Sequence record: KC821624.1
Source of the DNA: Cellulophaga phage phi14:2
Length of the DNA: 40,000 bases
Reading direction: 5' to 3' (one strand)
In this document: one piece after another, positions 28,832 to 37,373 of the stretch
Position numbering within the stretch: position 1 is the first letter of the stretch
Layout: the number at the start of each line of letters is the position of its first letter
Position numbers and translations under genes: made by a program
The notes under the pieces: model-generated
What the model saw: only the letters and a program-made list of their open reading frames with translations
Databases searched by the model: none
What the model was told of the DNA's origin: nothing

Positions 28832-31252
28832 TTAATAGCGTTTACTATCATCTACTTCATTAGGAAATAATATCTTTTTAGATCTTTTCTCTATTTGAGC
28901 GAATCTAGCTTGAGCTGCATTACCATCATAATTTTTATTAAAGTAATTATCTTGTGCTAAGGCACTACTTTTAGGTTTAGATTGATTATCTTTTTCCTGT
29001 TCGATCATTCTATACTGATCTTCAGTTAAAATTAATGTCATTATCAAAGACATGATTCTATCAAAGTTATATGATGGATCTGGATTATAAGCTATAAGCT
29101 CTTTAAGTAATCCTTCACTTCTAATCATATATACATTAGATATACCTTCTTCTTTACCTGTAGCTTGACCATCTAACCAAGATTCTATAAGCTGAATACC
29201 ATATTTTTGAACACCTCTTGAACCACCAACTGGAGTACCGTATCTAGTGTTACCTACACTACGTATACTTACATTAGCTTCATCTTTCAATGATCTAGGA
29301 GTTTCAGCTAATATATTTAAAGATTTTTTCTTTTCGTAATGCCAGAATAAACCTTTCTTGTTATTTTCATAGTTGTTAGTAGCATTATAAAATATTGTAA
29401 GTTTTCTAGTTATCTCATAGAATTCAGTAGTACTTGGTCTACCTGTAAACTCAGCTACAATACGTTGAGTCCAAGAGTCCATTACAAATATAGAACCTAA
29501 TGAGTTAGTACTAGATTCATCATCATCATATGTATCTGTACCAGAATAATATCTATTTCTAAATACTTCACCTTGTTGATCACGTTTAGGCATCTCGAAT
29601 ATTTCGATCATACCCTCTTTACTTCTGTTATCTAGTATAGGATAATCACGAACTACTAAGTTATCATCTTTAGGTTTAAACTCTAATTTACCTAATTTAT
29701 TGAAAACCAGTGTACCAGTCCAATGTTTATCTCTATATTCACTACGTTTAGTTTGAACTTCTACTAATTGTTGTTTAAGTTCAGCAATAGGGAATCTGTT
29801 TCCTAATTTGTTAATGAACATCTCCGAAGGTTTCAAAGGGTAGTTCATCATCTCTAAATCGATTGCTGAGTTAGATTTAGCTTTCTTTTTCTCAACTCTA
29901 CGCTTTTCATATACTTCAGTAGCTTCTTTAAGTCTAGTATTACCATTCTTATCTTTAAAGTTACCATCCATATAATACGCAGGTACAAACCAACCTATCT
30001 TACCATTACCTTCCCATATATCATCAAACTCTAACATTGAGAAACCTTTAGGATCTCTAAATACCATTTCAGATTCTATAATCTTTTCGATGTTACCACC
30101 TGTTCCAATATAGATAGAAGATCCAAATTTAATTACACCATCTGTCATTTGAGCAGCAGTGTTCGAACCATGTACTAATAATAAGTTAGGCATCAAACCT
30201 ACCTCTTCTATAATGATTAAACCAGGTCTAGTACCCGCAGCTGCTTCAGGGTTTTCAATAGTAAAGGTTGCATGTAATATCTTAGAACCACTACCAAATC
30301 GTTTCCATTTACCTGCTACTTTCTTTTCGTATTCATGTCTAAATGGATTTTTAAAGTTGTTAGGAGCTAAACTTCCTGAATGATCTTTATAAAAAGGATG
30401 TACTGATTCTTCAGAATATGCACCTGGCATATCTTCAATCATGTCTCTTACCTTACCTAATATCTCTGAAGACTTAGATGATAATGCAGCACCTACCAAT
30501 ACTTCTACTACAGCAGGATTTTTAATGCTATCTTCATTATAATATTTAGCACCATCAAACAACCATTCGTGAGCAATTGTACCTGCTGTTAAGAATGATT
30601 TACCACCACCCCTTGCACCAAGTAACATGAAGTTTTTAGCTTCATTTTCGTATACGATAGTACCCATAGGTTTATCAAATACACGTCTTATATACTCTCT
30701 AGGATTAACATATGTTTTACGAGAACCATCTTTCTTAAAGTAGTTATTATATTTAAATTGAATAATCTCATCATTCAAATCTAAACACACTGCTCTTAAA
30801 TCCTCATCTGTAAATTCAGTAGGATCTTTAAGCATTGTATTACATGAGTTTTCATCATCTAATTCAAATCCACTGAAACCCCTTGCTTCTAATTCATTAT
30901 AAAAATAACCCCACTCAAAATCTCTAAGGTAAGGTCTAATCTTCACTTTAGGGGATGTTTTAGGTAAATGGTCAGGTCTATGTCGTATAGTACCATAGTT
31001 TACATACCAATATAATTTAGGCGGCATGAACCTATACATCTCAGCATCAACTGTAGACTCTTCTATTTCAAGAGGTCCACAATTTATATCTCCGTTATCT
31101 ATACCCCAAAAACCTTCAATACACCTCTTCTTTTCTTGTTTCCAATACTTTAAGTATCGAACTGAAGAAGGGTGTAAATTAGGAATAGATTTAACTAAGA
31201 AGTTATTTCTATTATTTATAATTGGTATGGTACTATCTCTAACTACTTCCAT
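28832..31252 (-). CDS. terL: Terminase large subunit
   Basis: Walker A LLGARGGGKSFLTAG, Walker B RPGLIIIEEVG, C-terminal nuclease-like DTYDDDESSTNSLGSIFVMD. Confidence 0.9.
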   Translation of the reverse strand: MEVVRDSTIPIINNRNNFLVKSIPNLHPSSVRYLKYWKQEKKRCIEGFWGIDNGDINCGPLEIEESTVDAEMYRFMPPKLYWYVNYGTIRHRPDHLPKTSPKVKIRPYLRDFEWGYFYNELEARGFSGFELDDENSCNTMLKDPTEFTDEDLRAVCLDLNDEIIQFKYNNYFKKDGSRKTYVNPREYIRRVFDKPMGTIVYENEAKNFMLLGARGGGKSFLTAGTIAHEWLFDGAKYYNEDSIKNPAVVEVLVGAALSSKSSEILGKVRDMIEDMPGAYSEESVHPFYKDHSGSLAPNNFKNPFRHEYEKKVAGKWKRFGSGSKILHATFTIENPEAAAGTRPGLIIIEEVGLMPNLLLVHGSNTAAQMTDGVIKFGSSIYIGTGGNIEKIIESEMVFRDPKGFSMLEFDDIWEGNGKIGWFVPAYYMDGNFKDKNGNTRLKEATEVYEKRRVEKKKAKSNSAIDLEMMNYPLKPSEMFINKLGNRFPIAELKQQLVEVQTKRSEYRDKHWTGTLVFNKLGKLEFKPKDDNLVVRDYPILDNRSKEGMIEIFEMPKRDQQGEVFRNRYYSGTDTYDDDESSTNSLGSIFVMDSWTQRIVAEFTGRPSTTEFYEITRKLTIFYNATNNYENNKKGLFWHYEKKKSLNILAETPRSLKDEANVSIRSVGNTRYGTPVGGSRGVQKYGIQLIESWLDGQATGKEEGISNVYMIRSEGLLKELIAYNPDPSYNFDRIMSLIMTLILTEDQYRMIEQEKDNQSKPKSSALAQDNYFNKNYDGNAAQARFAQIEKRSKKILFPNEVDDSKRY

Positions 31253-31261
31253 TTAATTTAT

Positions 31262-31849
31262 TTATAATAATCCTTTTTCTGTGGCTGATTCTTGCATTCC
31301 ACCTTTAGTTTCTCCATCTTGATGTTTAGATTTTTCTAATTTTTCTTTTACCACCTCCAGTTGTTCATATAGCTTAACTGTATCAACCACCATTTTATCC
31401 AAGTCTTTAGCGTTTCCTTTAATGAGTTTAGGTCTACCTGAGCGTTCATCAATTTCATATGAGTCTAATGTATATGGCGTATTTTTAATAAAATTTTTAC
31501 GCTCTGTCATTTTATCTATTAATTCTAAGTAGTCTTTTTCTGGTACAGTAAGACATCTACTGTAATACGAATCAATTAATTCTTGATAGTCGTTCCATTT
31601 AAAATCCTTAATCTTAAGATAGTCTTCTACTATTAATAGCCGTTTATCTTCATCGCTTAAATTTCTCCAAATATTATCTTGATGAGGGTCTAATAAAAAA
31701 GCAATAGCCCACATTATCTGTGAGCTTTTTGACTTACCTTTACTTTTATCCTCAGAGTTAAATTTTTGAAATATAGCAACCGTTAAGAACGATGGATTTG
31801 TTTCCCAGAAATTATCATTAGTATTAAAATTTCTTACTATACTATCCAT
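31262..31849 (-). CDS. Hypothetical crAss-like protein next to TerL
   Basis: 195 aa; synteny only. Confidence 0.45.
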   Translation of the reverse strand: MDSIVRNFNTNDNFWETNPSFLTVAIFQKFNSEDKSKGKSKSSQIMWAIAFLLDPHQDNIWRNLSDEDKRLLIVEDYLKIKDFKWNDYQELIDSYYSRCLTVPEKDYLELIDKMTERKNFIKNTPYTLDSYEIDERSGRPKLIKGNAKDLDKMVVDTVKLYEQLEVVKEKLEKSKHQDGETKGGMQESATEKGLL

Positions 31850-32238
31850 TACGCGTTAAGATCTATATTTGATTCGTTAATAACTGTTGCTAAAATATAA
31901 CTATCTGATATGATAGTAAATGTATGATCGCCTTGTTGTACAGGTTTAATATCGATCATATCAATGTATGCCATTCTATCATTAGGATCTGGAATACGTT
32001 TAGTTAAAGCTGAGATATCTAATAAGATCTTGTCTCCTGGTTTAAATTCAGTACCATTACCAACTGCAATAATACTTTGATATTCATCTAGCATTGATTC
32101 ATTTTCTCCACTAATCTCTAATAGAGAATCTTCTGGTGCATATTGATTTAGTGTTATCATTACAGAATGTCTCTTAGGTTTAAGAGTACAGTTTGCAATT
32201 ACTTTTTTTACGTCTTTTACATTATTTTCCAAATTCAT
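31849..32238 (-). CDS. GroES-like co-chaperonin
   Basis: LKPKRHSVMI...YQSIIAVGNGTEFKPGDKILLD...FTIISDSYILATVI matches GroES core pattern (RVIVK...GEVLAVGNG...VGDIVIF...LIMSESDILAIVE). Confidence 0.7.
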   Translation of the reverse strand: MNLENNVKDVKKVIANCTLKPKRHSVMITLNQYAPEDSLLEISGENESMLDEYQSIIAVGNGTEFKPGDKILLDISALTKRIPDPNDRMAYIDMIDIKPVQQGDHTFTIISDSYILATVINESNIDLNA

Positions 32239-32452
32239 TTTTTTCCTTAATTTTAATTAATACTTTTTCTTTAATAAAGAACTTACATAAATATTTATGA
32301 TAAAATGTAGTTCTACCTTCTAAATTTCCCTCTTCTAGTTTTCTTTTTTGAAATAGGAATGGTGACATTATAATCATCTCAGCTACAGTATCTGAAACCT
32401 TATTATCTAAGGCTATTGTATGTAAATCTTTTCTTAGTTTTTTGTTAATCAT
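32222..32452 (-). CDS. Hypothetical protein
   Basis: 76 aa; overlapping coupled ORF. Confidence 0.45.
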   Translation of the reverse strand: MINKKLRKDLHTIALDNKVSDTVAEMIIMSPFLFQKRKLEEGNLEGRTTFYHKYLCKFFIKEKVLIKIKEKNEFGK

Positions 32453-32825
32453 TTTTTACTGTAAAATTGTATATTAGTTTAAAGTTTTTACAATCAGGCT
32501 CTATGTTAGGTATAAAATTAGGTACTACTTTGTTATCTTTTAAAACTTTTTTCTTCCTAAGTTTAGTTAGATTGTTTTGTAATGTATAATCTTTACTGTT
32601 AATCATTACACCCATCTTAGCTCTAGTATCGTAATCAAAAACCATTTTCCAAACTACATCCTCATCTTTTATTGTCTTTTTAAATTTAAAATAAAAAATC
32701 AGTAGTGCAGTTAAGGTTTCTTGTTCTTGTGGAGCTAACTTATGAAAAGGATGAGTGAAACTTACCCATTTCCTAATAAGCCCATTAAAATTAGTATTTA
32801 TATTAGCTACTGTTTCATTTTTCAT
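32445..32825 (-). CDS. Hypothetical protein, possibly winged-helix
   Basis: 126 aa; LAPQEQETLTALLIFY..SKDYTLQNNLTKLRKKKVL resembles a winged-helix arrangement (inference). Confidence 0.4.
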   Translation of the reverse strand: MKNETVANINTNFNGLIRKWVSFTHPFHKLAPQEQETLTALLIFYFKFKKTIKDEDVVWKMVFDYDTRAKMGVMINSKDYTLQNNLTKLRKKKVLKDNKVVPNFIPNIEPDCKNFKLIYNFTVKND

Positions 32826-33072
32826 TTTTAAATCCTTTTATCTTAAAAGATGATCGACGCTCTTGTAAGGAAAGATAATTTTCGTGCACTGTGTAGACAT
32901 CATTATTATAGGTTTCTATTACTGAAACATGTTTATATTTGATACCTTTTTTAGACATTAGAGGTGATATAGCTTTTATATCTTTACTCTCAATTATAGC
33001 AGGTAAGTATGTCATTGTTAAATTCCTGTCATTCTCACCTATTTTAAGTACTTGCATTATCCTATATTCCAT
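32815..33072 (-). CDS. Hypothetical protein
   Basis: 85 aa; overlaps neighbours. Confidence 0.45.
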   Translation of the reverse strand: MEYRIMQVLKIGENDRNLTMTYLPAIIESKDIKAISPLMSKKGIKYKHVSVIETYNNDVYTVHENYLSLQERRSSFKIKGFKNEK

Positions 33073-33242
33073 ATCATTCCGTACTTGTCTATATATTCGT
33101 GTATACTATCTAATCGCTCTACGTTATTAATATCACCACACTTAGTACAACTAACATCTGGGGATGTTTCACTTTCTTTGATTAAGTGTAAGTTCTTACA
33201 TCGACTACAGCACTCTACAGGTTCTTCATCATAATTATTCAT
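33057..33242 (-). CDS. Small zinc-ribbon-like protein
   Basis: 61 aa; CCSRCKNLHLI...VSCTKCGDINNVERL (two CxxC knuckles). Confidence 0.6.
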   Translation of the reverse strand: MNNYDEEPVECCSRCKNLHLIKESETSPDVSCTKCGDINNVERLDSIHEYIDKYGMIWNIG

Positions 33243-33534
33243 TTTCTATATTATTATCTTGTTTATATTTCTCCCATGCTTCAGCATCCATTAAATCTGG
33301 AAACCTAGCACCCTTGTTACACGAAGTAGTAGTAAAAGCTTTCTTTTCAGGTGGACATCCACAATGAACACATTTACCAGTTACCATACAATCTTCTTCA
33401 CATTTACTAAGTCTCCATAGCGCTTGCTCTTGTTTATCTTTATCTAATCCTATTAATTGATTATAAAAATATTTAGAGTTACCTTCTATAAAGGAAGCAA
33501 CGTTTTTAAGATTGAATATTTCTTTCAATTTCAT
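33235..33534 (-). CDS. Small Cys-rich protein
   Basis: 99 aa; CEEDCMVTGKCVHCGCPPEKKAFTTTSCNKG. Confidence 0.55.
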   Translation of the reverse strand: MKLKEIFNLKNVASFIEGNSKYFYNQLIGLDKDKQEQALWRLSKCEEDCMVTGKCVHCGCPPEKKAFTTTSCNKGARFPDLMDAEAWEKYKQDNNIENE

Positions 33535-33715
33535 CTCTTACTGATTTATCAAATGTTCTACACGATTTACAATTAATGTCATTACAAGTACTTTCCGATA
33601 TATCTCTCCAACCTGATTCTGTACAACCTGTCATTAATTTAAATTTTCGTTTAGGATTATACATCTGTGATAATATATTTTCAATTTCTTCTAATGTTAT
33701 GTTACCGTATTTCAT
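33506..33715 (-). CDS. Small Cys-rich protein
   Basis: 69 aa; CTESGWRDISESTCNDINCKSC. Confidence 0.5.
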   Translation of the reverse strand: MKYGNITLEEIENILSQMYNPKRKFKLMTGCTESGWRDISESTCNDINCKSCRTFDKSVRDEIERNIQS

Positions 33716-33716
33716 A

Positions 33717-34037
33717 TTATTGATTTACTAAACTAAAAATTATATTCTTTTCATAATCATCATAGAACAACTTAGTAGTTTCATATTTTCTAATAACTTC
33801 TAACCAATTCTTAGTATTCAAAGTTTCACCTGCTGCTTTCATTAAAGCTGATATATGTTTAATATAAGCTAGCCTATTCATTAATTCAGTATAGTGTTGT
33901 TTAACTTCTTCTTGACCTTTAGTACCTCTAGTTCTTTTACTATTACTAAATGGTCTTTTTTGAAGAGGTCTTCCTACTGCATCAATCTTACCTCTTCTTT
34001 GTTTTCTCCCTAATGAAGCTCCTCTATTCTTCGACAT
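33717..34037 (-). CDS. Small basic protein
   Basis: 106 aa; MSKNRGASLGRKQRRGKIDAVGRPLQKRPFSNSKRTRGTKG... Confidence 0.5.
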   Translation of the reverse strand: MSKNRGASLGRKQRRGKIDAVGRPLQKRPFSNSKRTRGTKGQEEVKQHYTELMNRLAYIKHISALMKAAGETLNTKNWLEVIRKYETTKLFYDDYEKNIIFSLVNQ

Positions 34038-34164
34038 ATAACTCTTTATTAGTTTGTTTAAATACTACTTCTCGTAGTTGATTTAACTTATTTTGATTAA
34101 TTGCCATTTTTATAATGGCAGGGCTCATAAATGTGTAATTTAAAAACCAATCTTTATTCGACAT
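34024..34164 (-). CDS. Small 46 aa ORF (MSNKDWFLNYTFMSPAIIKMAINQNKLNQLREVVFKQTNKELYVEE), not in the ORF track
   Basis: Overlaps both the upstream stop (34154) and the downstream start (34037). Confidence 0.6.
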   Translation of the reverse strand: MSNKDWFLNYTFMSPAIIKMAINQNKLNQLREVVFKQTNKELYVEE

Positions 34165-34555
34165 TTAATTGCTTTAATAGTTTCTTTAATTCTGATTTGT
34201 TTTTAATACTACCTGAGTATATAGTACTATTTCCATAAGAGGGATGTTTTAACCATATCTTATACCAAAAATTATTTTCATTAGTTAGAACTATTTTTTC
34301 TATATATAATACAACTCCTTCTTTTTGATGCTTACTATAAAAATGTAGAGTATCTTCTTTAAACCCTAAACTCTCTATATCTTCTTTATCTAGGTATTTA
34401 ACTCTAAGACCATATGTTATATCTTCATAACCTTCAAGTTCAATAGTAGTTGGTGTATTAGCTTTAATCCAATTATCACCTCCTTCTTCGTCATCTAACC
34501 ATTCATATTCAAATCCTATATGAAACTCTTCTATCTCTGGTGTGTAATATTTCAT
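34154..34555 (-). CDS. Hypothetical acidic protein
   Basis: 133 aa; directly upstream of the 34164 ORF. Confidence 0.5.
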   Translation of the reverse strand: MKYYTPEIEEFHIGFEYEWLDDEEGGDNWIKANTPTTIELEGYEDITYGLRVKYLDKEDIESLGFKEDTLHFYSKHQKEGVVLYIEKIVLTNENNFWYKIWLKHPSYGNSTIYSGSIKNKSELKKLLKQLNVE

Positions 34556-34556
34556 A

Positions 34557-36029
34557 TTATACTATTGCACATTCTGTGGTTAATATTGTACTAGCTATAC
34601 TTACTGCATTTTCTAACGCTGTTCTAGTAACTTTAGATGGATCTATAATCCCTTGTTTAAAATACTTAGCAGGTTGAGTTAAGTCATATGATACTACACT
34701 GTCTATAACTTTACCTTTATTAATTTCTATTTGTTTATAAGGTTCAAATAATATACCATAATAAATATCATTACCATAATGAGTTAAAGCTATTTTAGCT
34801 AAGGTTGATCCACCTCCTGGTACAATACCTTCTTCTACAGCAGCCTTAACAGCGTTGATAGCATCTTCTAATCTATCTTTACGTTCTTTCATTTCTACTC
34901 TACTATTAGCACCAATATAAATAATACCAATACCATTTTTAAATTTAGAGATACGCTCTTCTATCTTAGAAATCTCATAAGTATTCTTTTCTTTTTTACT
35001 AAATTCTAATTCAGTTATTCTAGCTTCGATATCTTTTTCATCTCCATACATACCTTTAATAACAGTATTATCTTCTGTAACTGTAATAGAATCAAATTTA
35101 CCAAATTTAATAGTATCTAATTTAGATTTAGCATTATAAATATCACCTCCTGTGTATACAGCTATATCTTTAAGAGCCTTCTGTCTACCGAATCCAAAAC
35201 CTGGACTCTGAATAACTACAGACTTTAATAAGCCTTTCTTAGTGTTCTGTACTAAGTTTATAATAGTATTATCATCAACTGATTCTGCAATAATAACTAA
35301 AGGTTTCTTATACTTCTCAGCTGCATATAATACATTAGAAATATCTTTTACACTTTCTATTTTACCATCAAATACAAAGATTAAACCATCATCATACTTA
35401 ACTGTAGCAGTTTCTGAATCGTTAATGAAATAAGTAGAGATATAAGATGAGTTAAATCTCATACCTTTTACAATCTCTTTATATGTTATATTAGTTTTAC
35501 TTTCTTCAAATATAATATTATCTTTAACTTCTTTATAACAATCTACAATGATAGTAGATAATACTTCATCACCATTAGTTGAAATCAAAGCTACATTCTT
35601 AATATCATCATTATTTTTAACTTCAGTGGTAGCTTCTTTAATTCTAGCTACTATACTAATAAGTTCATTTCTTAAATGATCGACTAATTCATTAACATCT
35701 CTACCTTCTTCTATAGCTTTAAAGCCTTCTTCTAGAATTTTCTGAGCTAATACTGTAGCTGTGGTTGTTCCATCTCCTACTTCTGTATTAGTATTCTCAG
35801 CTACTTGTTTAATCATTTGAGCACCTAAGTTTTCAAATGGATCTTCTAAATGAATTTCTCTAGCCACACTTACACCATCTTTAGTAATGATTGGATTATA
35901 CTGGTCTAAACCTAGTATAACATTCTTACCTGATGGTCCTAGAGTTACTTTAACTGCATTAGCTAAAGCATCTACACCTCTCTTTAAGGCTTCTCTTGAT
36001 TCTTGATTATATATAATCTTCTTCGTCAT
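34557..36029 (-). CDS. groEL: GroEL-like (group I) chaperonin
   Basis: [132 protein letters not shown]. Confidence 0.95.
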   Translation of the reverse strand: MTKKIIYNQESREALKRGVDALANAVKVTLGPSGKNVILGLDQYNPIITKDGVSVAREIHLEDPFENLGAQMIKQVAENTNTEVGDGTTTATVLAQKILEEGFKAIEEGRDVNELVDHLRNELISIVARIKEATTEVKNNDDIKNVALISTNGDEVLSTIIVDCYKEVKDNIIFEESKTNITYKEIVKGMRFNSSYISTYFINDSETATVKYDDGLIFVFDGKIESVKDISNVLYAAEKYKKPLVIIAESVDDNTIINLVQNTKKGLLKSVVIQSPGFGFGRQKALKDIAVYTGGDIYNAKSKLDTIKFGKFDSITVTEDNTVIKGMYGDEKDIEARITELEFSKKEKNTYEISKIEERISKFKNGIGIIYIGANSRVEMKERKDRLEDAINAVKAAVEEGIVPGGGSTLAKIALTHYGNDIYYGILFEPYKQIEINKGKVIDSVVSYDLTQPAKYFKQGIIDPSKVTRTALENAVSIASTILTTECAIV

Positions 36030-36264
36030 CTATTAGTTCTAAGCTGATAGTGACTTCATAATCCTCACTATCATAGGTATAAATATTATTATTAACTATA
36101 TTTTGAATTTCTTGATCTGATACTAGACCCTCTTCAATCTCTTCTCTAAATTCATCTTTAACTTCTTCTGTAAAGAAATCAATAGCATCATCTTCATCAT
36201 CAAACTTCTTAGTGTAGTTTTCTCCACTATATCCGTTATCTCTATATACTGTTACTATCCACAT
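36007..36264 (-). CDS. Hypothetical acidic protein
   Basis: 85 aa; overlaps the GroEL-like start. Confidence 0.5.
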   Translation of the reverse strand: MWIVTVYRDNGYSGENYTKKFDDEDDAIDFFTEEVKDEFREEIEEGLVSDQEIQNIVNNNIYTYDSEDYEVTISLELIDDEEDYI

Positions 36265-36521
36265 TATTTACTACCTTTAGTTTTAACTTTTTCATACTCT
36301 AAATCAGTATTAGAAATATTTTTTTGAGCTTCACGTTCAGATGTGTAATTATATTCAATGTTTTTTAATCTATTAAACTCAGCTTTTAATTGTTCAGCTT
36401 TTTCTGAGATAACTCTAGCTTCTAATAATGTATAGGCTCCTTTTTTATTACCTAATTCTAAAGCTTGTTCTATAACTTTTAATACTTCTTCAATCATTCT
36501 CTTTAAATTAAAAAGGATCAA
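36264..36521 (-). CDS. Hypothetical protein
   Basis: 85 aa, 1 nt overlap with next gene. Confidence 0.5.
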   Translation of the reverse strand: MILFNLKRMIEEVLKVIEQALELGNKKGAYTLLEARVISEKAEQLKAEFNRLKNIEYNYTSEREAQKNISNTDLEYEKVKTKGSK

Positions 36522-36548
36522 CCTTACGGGGTCTACTCCTTTTGTTAA

Positions 36549-36704
36549 TTACTTCTTTGCATTTGATTTAAGTTCTTCATCTACCTTGTCAACTACTTCG
36601 TCAACTACTTCGTCAACTTTAGCTTCAATGTTAGGGTTATTCCTGAAAAAGAAATAGCTTCCTGCTACTCCAACTACTAAACCTAAAATAAATCCTCCAA
36701 TCAT
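36549..36704 (-). CDS. Small membrane protein, 51 aa (MIGGFILGLVVGVAGSYFFFRNNPNIEAKVDEVVDEVVDKVDEELKSNAKK), not in the ORF track
   Basis: Glycine-rich TM + acidic helix; preceded by a consensus promoter. Confidence 0.65.
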   Translation of the reverse strand: MIGGFILGLVVGVAGSYFFFRNNPNIEAKVDEVVDEVVDKVDEELKSNAKK

Positions 36705-36732
36705 AAATATATTTTTATTAATTATTATGATA

Positions 36733-36763
36733 CAAAACTACGTAAAATATTTGACATATGCAA
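36733..36763 (-). promoter_or_regulatory. Bacteroidota-type promoter TTG-N20-TAGTTTTG
   Basis: Minus strand TTGCATATGTCAAATATTTTACGTAGTTTTG. Confidence 0.65.
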
Positions 36764-36929
36764 ACTTTTTCTTATTTTTTTTATTTATTTCATTTAAGTA
36801 CTCTCTTATAGCCATATCAAACTGTATTATACCTTCGACTCCAGTTGATACAGGAAAATTAAAATTAGTACACAACCCTTTAATATCTTCTGATGTGTAA
36901 TCTTCTCTTTTTTTAAGTTCTATTTTCAT
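36738..36929 (-). CDS. Hypothetical small protein
   Basis: 63 aa ORF. Confidence 0.35.
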   Translation of the reverse strand: MKIELKKREDYTSEDIKGLCTNFNFPVSTGVEGIIQFDMAIREYLNEINKKNKKKFAYVKYFT

Positions 36930-37116
36930 AATTTATATATTTAGTTAGTAAGCCAATTTAAAATTAGTATAAAATAATTGACTAAAAATTAGGATATGTC
37001 ATTTATTTTTAGTAGCTTTGTGCAAGTTATTTGCGATAGCGGATAACAAAACTACGTAGTAGTTAAGTTTTTGGGGGTAGGTGTGTTTATAAGAGAGGAA
37101 GGGTACCTTTTTAGCA

Positions 37117-37338
37117 CTATTTTGCATTTTTAATAATTTCATCAAATGCCATATCAAATAGTATTATAGCTAGCTCTTTATTTTTGAAATTACTTTTATA
37201 ACAATCTATACTAATTTTAATACCTAAATCTTTATGTTCAACAATAGTAGGATATGTAATTATATTACAACCTTGACCACCTAAGTTATTCTTAGGAACA
37301 TCTACATATATGTTTCTTTGATTTCTTAATTTTTCCAT
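37117..37338 (-). CDS. Hypothetical protein, first minus-strand gene of the left-reading block
   Basis: 73 aa; consensus promoter immediately upstream. Confidence 0.5.
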   Translation of the reverse strand: MEKLRNQRNIYVDVPKNNLGGQGCNIITYPTIVEHKDLGIKISIDCYKSNFKNKELAIILFDMAFDEIIKNAK

Positions 37339-37342
37339 ACTA

Positions 37343-37373
37343 CAAAGATAATACTTAATTCTGAGATATCCAA
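37343..37373 (-). promoter_or_regulatory. Bacteroidota-type promoter TTG-N20-TATCTTTG
   Basis: Minus strand TTGGATATCTCAGAATTAAGTATTATCTTTG directly upstream of 37338. Confidence 0.7.

Noticed and set aside
32939-33234. Plus-strand ORFs 32939-33130 and 33052-33234
   Set aside because: Antisense to a tightly overlapping minus-strand operon including a zinc-ribbon ORF.
37013-37020. Plus-strand TAGCTTTG as a host-type -7 box
   Set aside because: No TTG 19-21 nt upstream (nearest is 32 nt) and no plus-strand gene directly downstream.
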